Shown piece by piece: positions 1 to 8,284 of a stretch of 32,000 nucleotides of DNA; the first letter of the stretch is position 1, and every line of letters starts with the position of its first letter. The translations under genes were made by a program, and so were the position numbers. The stretch comes from Gemmatimonadota bacterium (lineage in GTDB: Bacteria; Gemmatimonadota; Gemmatimonadetes; Gemmatimonadales; GWC2-71-9): assembly GCA_039589275.1 (NCBI GenBank), contig JBDHHP010000005.1, positions 4,269-36,268 of the forward strand, written 5' to 3'. The notes below the pieces were generated by a model that saw nothing but the letters and a program-made list of their open reading frames with translations, did no database searches and was not told where the DNA came from.

Positions 1-2250
1 GGCTCCGGTACCTATCCGGGCTGCCAGGATCCAACGACGGTCGAGTGGTGGGGCAAGGACGCCAACGGCGATCCCGTCTTGAACGTTGGTATCCCCGAAG
101 AAGACATCACAGCGATCCCCGGAACCAATGATTTCCTCATCACCGACAACCCCCTGCGTCGTCATCCGGTGGCTCTCAGGACCGGTGACGCATTGGACCT
201 GAACCTTTCGGCCACGGGTGGCGGCAGGAGCTTCAGCTACTTCCTGTCCATGAACCGGAACGAGCAGGACGGTGTGTTCTTCAACAACTTCTCGCGTCGT
301 ACGGCGGGTCGGGCCAACTTCGACTTCAACGTCGCCGAGACGTTCGACATGGCCGTGCAGTTCAGCTACGCCCGCACGGCAGACCAACAGCCGCTGAACA
401 ACAACTCCTCAAACAGCATTCTGAGGAACGCGTTCCGCGGCCGGGCCCGCGCCTACAACGATCCTTGGGAGCCAGGTTTCCGCGGTTTCAATCCCTTCCT
501 GTCGAACCAGTACAATTCGGTTCGTCGTAAGGAGCGGATGACCATCGGACTCACCATGAACTGGGATCCGTGGCAGTGGTTCCAGAACAAGCTCACCTTG
601 GGCTTGGACAAGCAGGACTACCGTGAGACCACGTTCTACGAGATCGACACCACCGGCCGCGAGCCCTGGGGCACCAACAACTCCACTGGCGCAGTCTACC
701 ACGACCTACCGATAACGCACACGTGGACGATGGACTACGCCGCGTCGCTCGATTTCGATATCAATCCGACGTGGAGTTCCAAGTTCTCGGGCGGCATGCA
801 GTTGAACGCGCGGCAGCGCAAGTTCACCGGCTCCGACGGCTGGGGTCTGGTGGCGAACAACCTGAACCTGGTCAGTTCCGCAGCCAACGTGGATGCGGGC
901 GAGAGCTTCTCCGAGCAGACCTCGTTGGGCTTCTACGTGCAGGAAGAGGTGGGCTGGCGCAACCGCATGTTCATAACCGGCGCCGTCCGGATCGACGACA
1001 ACTCGGCCTTCGGGTCGGACTTCTCGTTGGTGGTCTACCCCAAGGCGTCGTTCTCTTGGGTGGTCTCGGAAGAGGACTTCTTCAATCTCGGCTGGATGCA
1101 GCAGTTGAAGCTGCGGGCGGCTTGGGGCCAGGCCGGTAACGCACCGGCGCCGTTCTCAGCCGACCGTACATACCAGACTGGTGTCACCACGATCGGTGAC
1201 GCGAGCACAAACTTCCTGCGCCCGTCGGAATACGGCAACCCCGACCTCCAGGCCGAGACCGGTCGCGAGTTCGAGCTTGGATTCGACGCCTCGTTGCTGG
1301 ACGGTAAGGCCGGCCTCGAGTTCACCTACTACGATCAGAAGACCAACGACGCTTTGGTAGAGGTACCCGACCCGAGATCAACCGGGTTCCTCGGGGACCA
1401 CCTGATCAACATCGGTGAGATCACGAACACTGGCTTGGAGTTGCTCGTGACCGGCACCCCGGTCTACAGCCGCAACTTCGCCTGGGACGTGAGCGTTTCG
1501 CTCTCGACCAACAAGAACCGTCTCAAGTCGTTCAACGGCGCGCGCGAAGAGGTGATCTTTGGCTCCTTCGACGACGTGCAGCGGCATCGTGAAGGATACC
1601 CGTTGGGTGCATTCTGGGCCTACGACGTGGAGCGCGGTGCTGACGGCGAGCCAGTTTTGGATGCCGGTGGCGATGTGACGGTGAACCGTGCCTGCCGCTG
1701 GGCTCCGAGCGATCCTGCTTGGGACCAGGCCACGGAGTGCGACGACATTTACATAGGTCCGTCGATCCCGACACGTGAGTCTGCGGTGACCAACACGTTC
1801 ACCGTGTTTGGCAACTTGAGAATCTTTGCCCACTTCGATTACAGGGGTGGACACTATCAGTGGTGCGCCATTTGCTCGATCCGCAGCCGGGTCGACCGCA
1901 ACACTTGGGACGTGAACACCGGTGGCACTGAGCTGAACCCCGACGTCTCCGACGCCGAGGTGCTGGCGCTCAGGGCTCGCCAGACCCTTACCCACATCAC
2001 CCAGGCCGACTTCATCAAGTTCCGCGAGCTGTCACTCACGTATTCGATCCCGCAGAGCTGGGGCTCGATCTTCGCGTCAAGCCGTTGGAGCTTCACAGTG
2101 TCGGGCCGTAACCTCTGGATGTGGACCAAGTACGAGGGCACGGGTGATCCTGAGGTGCAGTTCAATCCTTACTCCACATTCACCCGACTCGACTACGCGT
2201 CGATGCCGCAGTTGCGCAGGCTCTCGGCGTCGGCTCGGGTCAGCTTCTAA
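1..2250 (+). CDS. SusC/RagA-family TonB-linked outer membrane protein, 5' partial (frame open from base 1)
   Basis: Frame 1 is open from base 1 (GSGTYPGCQDPTTVEWWGKDANGDPVLNVGIPEED...) into ORF 79..2250. Repeated beta-barrel strands, TonB-dependent receptor style segments (e.g. GREFELGFDASLLDGKAGLEFTYYDQKTNDALV, FIKFRELSLTYSIP, FTVSGRNLWMWTKYEGTGDPEV) and a C-terminal Phe (SARVSF). Followed directly by a SusD-like gene. Confidence 0.93.
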   Translation, partial: GSGTYPGCQDPTTVEWWGKDANGDPVLNVGIPEEDITAIPGTNDFLITDNPLRRHPVALRTGDALDLNLSATGGGRSFSYFLSMNRNEQDGVFFNNFSRRTAGRANFDFNVAETFDMAVQFSYARTADQQPLNNNSSNSILRNAFRGRARAYNDPWEPGFRGFNPFLSNQYNSVRRKERMTIGLTMNWDPWQWFQNKLTLGLDKQDYRETTFYEIDTTGREPWGTNNSTGAVYHDLPITHTWTMDYAASLDFDINPTWSSKFSGGMQLNARQRKFTGSDGWGLVANNLNLVSSAANVDAGESFSEQTSLGFYVQEEVGWRNRMFITGAVRIDDNSAFGSDFSLVVYPKASFSWVVSEEDFFNLGWMQQLKLRAAWGQAGNAPAPFSADRTYQTGVTTIGDASTNFLRPSEYGNPDLQAETGREFELGFDASLLDGKAGLEFTYYDQKTNDALVEVPDPRSTGFLGDHLINIGEITNTGLELLVTGTPVYSRNFAWDVSVSLSTNKNRLKSFNGAREEVIFGSFDDVQRHREGYPLGAFWAYDVERGADGEPVLDAGGDVTVNRACRWAPSDPAWDQATECDDIYIGPSIPTRESAVTNTFTVFGNLRIFAHFDYRGGHYQWCAICSIRSRVDRNTWDVNTGGTELNPDVSDAEVLALRARQTLTHITQADFIKFRELSLTYSIPQSWGSIFASSRWSFTVSGRNLWMWTKYEGTGDPEVQFNPYSTFTRLDYASMPQLRRLSASARVSF

Positions 2251-2264
2251 GGGAGGGCGAAATC

Positions 2265-3758
2265 ATGAGACGGAAATACACTCGATGGGTAGGGATGTTA
2301 GCGATGAGTGCCGTCCTTGCCCTCTCAACGGCATGCGACATCGCCGACGAGTTGCTGCAGGTCGATAACCCCGAGCAGATTCAGGTTGAGCTGCTCGACG
2401 ACGTGGCACTGCTGGACGTGCAGGTACAGGGCGTAATCGGCAACATGGTCGACATGATGGACACCCCGATCATCGAGTACGCCACGTACATCTCGGACGA
2501 GGTGCTGACCGGACTCAACTGGGAGGACTATGCCCGGGTGAGCCAGCGTATCGTGCTCTACCTGGAGGGGCCGGTTGATGACATCTTCGGGGAGCCGAGC
2601 CGGGCGCTGCGTCAGGCGCACGATTTGGCCGAGCGCATCCGGGTGTGGCAGGGTGAGTTCCCCGACGAGAACTACGACGACGAGCTAGCGCTCGTGCTGG
2701 TCCATGCAGGTTATGCCGCGGTCGTGATGGCCGAGCACATGTGCCAGACGGTCATCTCGCTCGTTCCCGACGAGCCCAGCGATCAGATCCTGTCGCAGGC
2801 GCAGACGTTCCAGGCAGCCATACCGTACTTGCAGGAAGGCCTGAGCCTAGCCACCGCTGAGGGTGAAGATGATCTGGCCGATCTCGCCCGCACCGGTCTG
2901 GCCCGCGCGTATCTGGGCCAGGGTAGCTGGGCCGATGCGGCAACATACGCGGGCGCGGTGACTGCTGGTTTCGAGTGGTGGCTGGAGTACTCCGATGCGA
3001 ACAACTCGGAATACAACGGTCTGCAGAACACCAGCCATGGCTCGAACTTCACGCTGGGTATCAATCCGTTCTTCACTGGCGTGCACCCCAGCTTCGACGG
3101 CACGGGCTTCGCGTTTGAGGACAACGACGTGATCGACGCCCAGACCGACCCGCGGATCCAGCACATGCCGACCGATCGGACGGGGCACAACCGTCTGACC
3201 CGGCTGTACAAGCTGTTCCAGGGACTGCGCTACAGTGAGTACAACGGTGAGACGATTGCTCCGGCGTCCGCGGCGTGCCCGGCTTGCACGGGCACCGACG
3301 AGGACGACATGGAACTCATCGCCGAGTACTACACCGACATTCTGTTGGCGGACTACACCGAGGCACAGCATCACTACTTTGAGGCTCTTGCCATGCAGGG
3401 TGGGAACGAGGCCGAGGTACTGGCTTTCGTGAACACTCGGCGTGCCGTGGGCAACCAGGCCTCCGTCACGCTTTCGGGTCAGGACCTGATCGACGAGCTG
3501 AGGAGACAGCGGGGCAAGGACCTGTTCATGGGCGGTTTCCGCGTGGGTGACCTGCGCCGCTGGAGCATCTTCGATGCCGGCAACGGTCCCTTCGCCGGGG
3601 GCAGTTACTTCCCGGTGGGAACGCACCCCAACGCACAGTGGGGTGAGTACGGCCCGTGGACCTGTTACCCACTTCCGCTCGAAGAGTACGAGGGTAACCC
3701 GAACTTGGTGGGCCAGAAGCCCGCGGATCCGTCGGTGCCGCCGGCAGGCGTCATCTAA
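2265..3758 (+). CDS. SusD/RagB-family nutrient-binding outer membrane lipoprotein
   Basis: Signal peptide with lipobox-like LALSTAC, TPR-like helical body, C-terminal VNTRRAVGNQASVTLSGQDLIDELRRQRGKDLFMGGFRVGDLRRW, adjacent to a SusC gene; ATG with upstream GGGAGGG. Confidence 0.88.
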   Translation: MRRKYTRWVGMLAMSAVLALSTACDIADELLQVDNPEQIQVELLDDVALLDVQVQGVIGNMVDMMDTPIIEYATYISDEVLTGLNWEDYARVSQRIVLYLEGPVDDIFGEPSRALRQAHDLAERIRVWQGEFPDENYDDELALVLVHAGYAAVVMAEHMCQTVISLVPDEPSDQILSQAQTFQAAIPYLQEGLSLATAEGEDDLADLARTGLARAYLGQGSWADAATYAGAVTAGFEWWLEYSDANNSEYNGLQNTSHGSNFTLGINPFFTGVHPSFDGTGFAFEDNDVIDAQTDPRIQHMPTDRTGHNRLTRLYKLFQGLRYSEYNGETIAPASAACPACTGTDEDDMELIAEYYTDILLADYTEAQHHYFEALAMQGGNEAEVLAFVNTRRAVGNQASVTLSGQDLIDELRRQRGKDLFMGGFRVGDLRRWSIFDAGNGPFAGGSYFPVGTHPNAQWGEYGPWTCYPLPLEEYEGNPNLVGQKPADPSVPPAGVI

Positions 3759-3768
3759 GATGGAACTT

Positions 3769-3802
3769 GGTGCACCGCCGCTGTAACCAGCGGCGGCGCA
3801 CC
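3769..3802 (+). terminator. Strong hairpin 3' of the susD-like gene (possible terminator or 3'-end stabilising stem)
   Basis: GGTGCACCGCCGCTG (3769-3783) / CAGCGGCGGCGCACC (3788-3802): 15-bp stem with one G-T type wobble, 4-nt loop TAAC, starting 10 nt after the stop codon. No T-tract follows. Confidence 0.5.
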
Positions 3803-3827
3803 ACAGCAGTAACGGTGGGAGTTACGG

Positions 3828-3868
3828 AAGGTGGGAAGTGAAGGATGTGCTTCCCACCTTTCTGTTTG
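3828..3868 (+). terminator. Candidate intrinsic terminator
   Basis: Perfect 11-bp stem AAGGTGGGAAG (3828-3838) / CTTCCCACCTT (3850-3860), 11-nt loop, followed by TCTGTTTG. Confidence 0.6.
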
Positions 3869-3869
3869 T

Positions 3870-3930
3870 CAGCTATCAGCTATCGGCTGTCCGCTGTCCG
3901 CTGTCCGCTGTCCGCTGTCCGCTGTCCGCT
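3870..3930. repeat. 7-bp tandem repeat: (CAGCTAT)x2, CGGCTGT, (CCGCTGT)x5, partial CCGCT
   Basis: Read directly: cagctat cagctat cggctgt ccgctgt ccgctgt ccgctgt ccgctgt ccgctgt ccgct; 8 full units plus 5 nt, intergenic. Confidence 0.95.
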
Positions 3931-4138
3931 GGGATCATAGGCATGTCTCACGTGTAGTGACCGAGCGAGCCGCTCGCGCTCGCGTTTCACAACAGCTGTA
4001 CTGAGTAGGTTCTCGCGGAAGCCACTCGCACCGCGCCGAAGAGCAGCTTATTGTTTTCTCACTCGGCTCGCGAGTGTGCGGGTGTGAAGGGGTAATGGGA
4101 CCAGTTGCCACCTGAAGGCCGCCGGTATCGATGCAAGG

Positions 4139-5020
4139 ATGAGGCTCAGACTGGGGTGTTTGACGCTAATGCTCGCCGCCATGAGCGCCGAGCCCGCCGC
4201 CGCACAACGGCTGCGCGGACGGCTCATGGACTTGCAGACAAACGAGCCCATCTCGTCCGGTGTCCTGACACTTCTCACAGAGGATCGGTCCCGAGTGACA
4301 ACTACGGTGAGCGACGACAGCGGGTCCTGGACTCTCAATGCGCCGGGCCCAGGCACGTACCTTGTTGAAGCCAAGCGCCTGGGTTACCAGCCCTGGATCG
4401 ATGGGCCAATTGAGATCCGCGCGACGGACGACTGGCAATCAGTCTATCATCTCAATCCGTTGGCTGTCTCTCTCGACCCGGTCGAAATCCGCGGCGAACT
4501 GACGCAACGGTATCTCAACTTCGTGGGTTTCTTCGAACGACAGAAGTCCGATTTTGGGCACTTTATCACCCGCGACGACATCGAAAGGCGGCGCGGCAAC
4601 AGGATCACGGACCTTCTGGCAACGGTCCCGGGCGTTCGTATGGTGCCGACCGGTGACCAGTTCGGGCGCCTATCCCTGCAGTTGCGCGGTGGCAGCCTGG
4701 CTCGCGGTGGACTGTGTAGTCCGCGCATATTCGTGGACGGCCTCATCTTCAGCCGGGGCGACTCCCGGCAGATCGGAGCCGATGACTGGGGCAATCCCGA
4801 ACCCCTGTTCGAGGAATCCCCCGAGGAGTCCGTCGAGGATTGGGACCTCGGTATCGACGCCATTGCCCATCCGTCGAGCATCGCTGCCATAGAGATCTAC
4901 CGCAGCGGTGCCCAGATCCCCGTTAAGTTCGGTGGCACCAGTATCCAGACCCAGTGCGGAGTGATCCTGATCTGGACTCGCGTTGGGCAGATAAGGCAGC
5001 AGAAAGAGGGTGGCAGGTAG
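4139..5020 (+). CDS. Carboxypeptidase-regulatory-like domain plus TonB-dependent-receptor plug-like domain protein, no beta-barrel
   Basis: Signal peptide (MSAEPAAAQ), LRGRLMDLQTNEPISSGVLTLLTEDRSRVTTTVSDDSGSWTLNAPGPGTYLVEAKRLGYQP (regulatory-like beta-sandwich), then plug-like TDLLATVPGVRMVPTGDQ...IEIYRSGAQIPVKFGGTSIQTQCGVILIWTR; ends after ~293 aa. Confidence 0.75.
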   Translation: MRLRLGCLTLMLAAMSAEPAAAQRLRGRLMDLQTNEPISSGVLTLLTEDRSRVTTTVSDDSGSWTLNAPGPGTYLVEAKRLGYQPWIDGPIEIRATDDWQSVYHLNPLAVSLDPVEIRGELTQRYLNFVGFFERQKSDFGHFITRDDIERRRGNRITDLLATVPGVRMVPTGDQFGRLSLQLRGGSLARGGLCSPRIFVDGLIFSRGDSRQIGADDWGNPEPLFEESPEESVEDWDLGIDAIAHPSSIAAIEIYRSGAQIPVKFGGTSIQTQCGVILIWTRVGQIRQQKEGGR

Positions 5021-5038
5021 TCCCCAACGGAGTTACGG

Positions 5039-5959
5039 ATGCTGAACAGGATTGATGTGAGACTCAATCTGGCGCGCTTACTGCGCATCGCTGCAATCGG
5101 GCTAGTCGCCTTGGTTCTTATGGCGCCCGGAGGGGCGCGTATTGCGGCTCAGTCCGCATACAAGACGGCGAATTCCCACACGTCGATCATACCTCGCAAG
5201 TATGGGTTCTTTAGCGCGGACTTTGCCGAGGCCGGTCTGGGACTCACGTTCGTCGGGGAATGGGGTACCTGGTGCTTCGCACCAGGCGTGGAGGTGGGTG
5301 GACGTGTCTATTACGCGTTCGGCCAGACCGGGGCCCGCTACGAAGCCGTCTACCTGACGTTCGGCTACCGCGCCAAACAGCTGAGATTGGCGGAGCTGGA
5401 TCCCGCGACTACGGTGCTCCGATTCGATGAGCGCTATCAGCAAGACGTGCTGGGCTCCGTTGGCTTCAACCACGTGTTCGGAGCGGGGACCGCTATCGGC
5501 ATTCGAGGAGACGCTTGGCGGGAATTGGGGTCACCCGGTTTCAATCAGCCGAGCGAAGTCTGCGTGCCCGGGACGTTCCCGGGGAGTGGCGTCGTGTACA
5601 CCGCCTGCAGCAACCGTTACGTGAGGAACACGTTCGAGTCCCTACCCGATCTATGGGGCGGTCAGGTGCGCATGGATGTGACGTTGGCGGTGGCGGAGAT
5701 CGGTTTCTCGAACACGCGACCGACCGTGGCGCTGGTTGCGGGCGGATCGGCCGATTTCTTGGAGAGTGCCAACGCCATGGTGAGCCTCGGGGTCGGCGTC
5801 GCAATAATGCCGGCCTCATATCCTGGTCAGTCGATCGTCACTGTTCTGGCGGGCCTGAACGACGCGTTCGATGCCAACGGCGTGGCTCCCAGCTTCAACG
5901 ACCGTTTCGTAGTGTCTCTGGCGCTCGGAATCCCGTTTCCGACAGTGCTGAGACGGTAA
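5039..5959 (+). CDS. Hypothetical exported, probably outer-membrane beta-barrel protein
   Basis: 306-aa ORF, hydrophobic signal sequence (LLRIAAIGLVALVLMAPGGARIAAQ), alternating amphipathic strands and Gly/aromatic-rich segments; 18 nt after the preceding gene. Confidence 0.6.
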   Translation: MLNRIDVRLNLARLLRIAAIGLVALVLMAPGGARIAAQSAYKTANSHTSIIPRKYGFFSADFAEAGLGLTFVGEWGTWCFAPGVEVGGRVYYAFGQTGARYEAVYLTFGYRAKQLRLAELDPATTVLRFDERYQQDVLGSVGFNHVFGAGTAIGIRGDAWRELGSPGFNQPSEVCVPGTFPGSGVVYTACSNRYVRNTFESLPDLWGGQVRMDVTLAVAEIGFSNTRPTVALVAGGSADFLESANAMVSLGVGVAIMPASYPGQSIVTVLAGLNDAFDANGVAPSFNDRFVVSLALGIPFPTVLRR

Positions 5960-6018
5960 GCCCTTATACCCCCACCCCTTCACCATCACCCCACCTGAGA
6001 CTAGCTTTTTAGGCTGTC

Positions 6019-6972
6019 ATGGCCGACATATCGCTTTCTTCGAGCAAGATGCTCCTGATGTCAGGGACGGCTAATGAGCCGCTCGCTCAGGAGATAGCTG
6101 ATCACCTAGGGCAGCCGCTGTGCCAGGTGACGATACGGCGGTTCGCCGACGGGGAGATTTTCGTCAAGATCGACGAGAACGTGCGCGGGCAGGACGTATT
6201 CATCATCCAACCCACTTGCCCGCCGGCGGAAAACATCGTCGAGCTGCTGATCCTGATCGATGCCGCTTCGAGGGCGAGTGCCGCCAGGGTGAGCGCTGTG
6301 GTGCCCTACTACGGGTACGGCCGCCAGGACCGTAAGGACCAGCCGCGGGTGGCTATCAGCGCTAAGCTGATGGCCAACCTGATAACGACAGCGGGCGCGG
6401 ACCGGGTACTGGCGATGGACTTTCACCAGCACCAGTTGCAGGGCTTCTTCGATATCCCGGTGGATCACCTGTATGCCGCACCGGTGCTCGTGCAGCACTA
6501 CCGGCAGAAACGGCTGCACAAACCGGTGATCGTAGCGCCTGATGTGGGTGGCGCCAAGATGGCTCGCGGCTTCGCCAAGCGACTGGATGCGTCGTTGGCA
6601 ATCATCGACAAGCGTCGTCCGTCGGCAAACATCGCCGAGGTGGTGAACGTGGTGGGTGAGGTGGAGGGACGGGACTGCCTTATTGTGGACGACTTGATCG
6701 ACACAGCGGGCACCATGTCCGAGGCGGCACACGCTCTCAAGCGGCTCGGAGCGCGCAAGGTATACGGCTGCGCGACACACGCGCTCCTATCCGGGCCAGC
6801 CGTCGACCGACTGAGCTCCTGTCCGGCGGAAGAGGTCGCCGTCACCAACACGCGGTTGGTGCAGGAGGAGCTGCGGTTTGACAGATTGAAAATACTATCG
6901 ATCGCTCAGTTGCTGGCACAGGCGATCAGATTCACTCACAGCGATCAGTCCGTCAGCTCGTTGTTCCACTGA
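6019..6972 (+). CDS. prs: Ribose-phosphate pyrophosphokinase
   Basis: 317 aa; RRFADGEIFVKIDENVRGQDVFIIQPTCPPAENIVELLILIDA, VVPYYGYGRQDRKDQPR, AMDFHQHQLQGFFDIPVDHLYAAP, DCLIVDDLIDTAGTMSEAA. Confidence 0.98.
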   Translation: MADISLSSSKMLLMSGTANEPLAQEIADHLGQPLCQVTIRRFADGEIFVKIDENVRGQDVFIIQPTCPPAENIVELLILIDAASRASAARVSAVVPYYGYGRQDRKDQPRVAISAKLMANLITTAGADRVLAMDFHQHQLQGFFDIPVDHLYAAPVLVQHYRQKRLHKPVIVAPDVGGAKMARGFAKRLDASLAIIDKRRPSANIAEVVNVVGEVEGRDCLIVDDLIDTAGTMSEAAHALKRLGARKVYGCATHALLSGPAVDRLSSCPAEEVAVTNTRLVQEELRFDRLKILSIAQLLAQAIRFTHSDQSVSSLFH

Positions 6973-6998
6973 TCGCTGGCAATATCGAGAAGAAGAAT

Positions 6999-7691
6999 AT
7001 GGCCGAGTCAATCACGCTCAAAGCAGAGCGACGTTCCGACAGTGGTACCGGGGCTGCTCGTCAGTTGCGCCGTGACGGAGGTGTACCCGCCGTTATCTAT
7101 GGACACGGACGGGAACCGGAATCGCTGACGCTGTCGAAAGCCGAGTTGGACAAAGCGCTGTCCGGGGTCGCGGGCGCAACGGTGCTAGAGATCAAGGTGG
7201 GCAGCAAGAAGCTCAGGGCACTCATTCGCGAGGTCCAGCGCCACCCGACTCGCCTCGACATAATCCACGTGGACTTTCTCGAGGTGCACGCAGGTGAGAA
7301 GCTCACGGTGAAGTCACCCATTCGGTTGGTCGGCTCGCCAGAGGGCGTGCGCAACCAAGGCGGAGTGCTCGACCAGATACTGCGGGAACTGGAGATCAGA
7401 GTCCTACCGAAGGATATGCCTGAATTCATCGAGCTAGATGTCACCGACCTGACGGTCGGTCACTCGATCCACGTGCGCGACGTCAGCGTTGCCAATGCGG
7501 AGATCCTGGACGATCCTGCAATGACGGTGTGCACGGTCGTACCGCCGCGAGTCGAGGTGGAGCCGGTCGCTGTGGTTGAAGAGGAAGAGGAAGAACTGCT
7601 TGAGCCCGAGCTCATCCGTAAGGCGAAGGCCGAGGAAGAGGCCGAAGAGTCGACCGCGGGTGGGGGCGAGAGCGCGGAACAGAAGGAATAG
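6999..7691 (+). CDS. rplY: 50S ribosomal protein L25/general stress protein Ctc
   Basis: 230 aa; GAARQLRRDGGVPAVIYGHGREPESLTLSKAEL, LIREVQRHPTRLDIIHVDFLEV, acidic C-terminal tail; immediately upstream of pth. Confidence 0.95.
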   Translation: MAESITLKAERRSDSGTGAARQLRRDGGVPAVIYGHGREPESLTLSKAELDKALSGVAGATVLEIKVGSKKLRALIREVQRHPTRLDIIHVDFLEVHAGEKLTVKSPIRLVGSPEGVRNQGGVLDQILRELEIRVLPKDMPEFIELDVTDLTVGHSIHVRDVSVANAEILDDPAMTVCTVVPPRVEVEPVAVVEEEEEELLEPELIRKAKAEEEAEESTAGGGESAEQKE

Positions 7692-7694
7692 GCG

Positions 7695-8273
7695 CTGCGC
7701 GCCGCGGTCGCACTGGGGAATCCCGGTCCCGCTTACGCGAACACCAGGCACAACGCAGGTTTCATTCTAGCGGACGTCCTGGCGAAATGGTGGCGCATGC
7801 CACGGTTTCGTCGGGCCGGCCGCGCTCTCGTTACCAACGGACTGGTTGGCGGCCAGCAAGTCGCCCTCATCAAGCCTCAGACGTACATGAATCGAAGTGG
7901 ATCGGCGCTGGCCCCCCTGTTCGAGCAATCGGGCTTCAATGCGTCCGCTGACATGCTGATCATCGTGGACGACTACGCCCTTCCACTGGGAACGATGCGG
8001 TTCCGGGCTCACGGCTCGTCTGGTGGGCACAACGGTCTCGAGAGCATTGAGAACGCCGTCGGATCGACCAACTACCACCGGCTCCGCATTGGCGTGGGCC
8101 CTCTACCTGACGAACGTACGGATCCCGCTGACTTCGTCACCTCCCCGTTCACGAACGACGAGTCGGATACGCTGGCAGAGTTGATGCCCGTTCTGGTGCA
8201 GGCCGTGGACTGCTGGCTGGACGAAGGCATAGATGCGGCTATGAATAGGTTCAACGCCAAACGCGAAGTCTGA
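7695..8273 (+). CDS. pth: Peptidyl-tRNA hydrolase; proposed CTG start at 7695 (supplied ORF begins internally at 7797)
   Basis: Frame 3 upstream of the 7797 ATG reads LRAAVALGNPGPAYANTRHNAGFILADVLAKWWR-MPRFRR..., restoring the Pth N-terminus (xxxxVGLGNPGxxYxxTRHNxG). Also KPQTYMNRSG, IIVDDYALPLG, GSSGGHNGLESI. AAGGA at 7683-7687 is 7 nt before CTG. Confidence 0.93.
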   Translation: MRAAVALGNPGPAYANTRHNAGFILADVLAKWWRMPRFRRAGRALVTNGLVGGQQVALIKPQTYMNRSGSALAPLFEQSGFNASADMLIIVDDYALPLGTMRFRAHGSSGGHNGLESIENAVGSTNYHRLRIGVGPLPDERTDPADFVTSPFTNDESDTLAELMPVLVQAVDCWLDEGIDAAMNRFNAKREV

Positions 8274-8284
8274 CGTCTTCCCCT

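Noticed and set aside
2847-3626. 259-aa - strand ORF opposite the susD-like gene
   Set aside because: Antisense shadow of a conserved gene; no recognisable domain.
3818-5039. 11-mer GGAGTTACGGA occurring at 3818-3828 and 5029-5039, considered as a shared regulatory motif
   Set aside because: A repeated 11-mer is expected many times by chance in 32 kb; no positional or palindromic logic.
5515-6012. 165-aa + strand ORF overlapping the exported protein gene
   Set aside because: Out-of-frame overlap, Arg/Gly/Pro-rich, no plausible function or RBS.
7797-8273. pth annotated from ATG 7797 as a truncated gene or pseudogene
   Set aside because: The missing N-terminus is present upstream in frame; the gene looks intact, only the start codon was miscalled.
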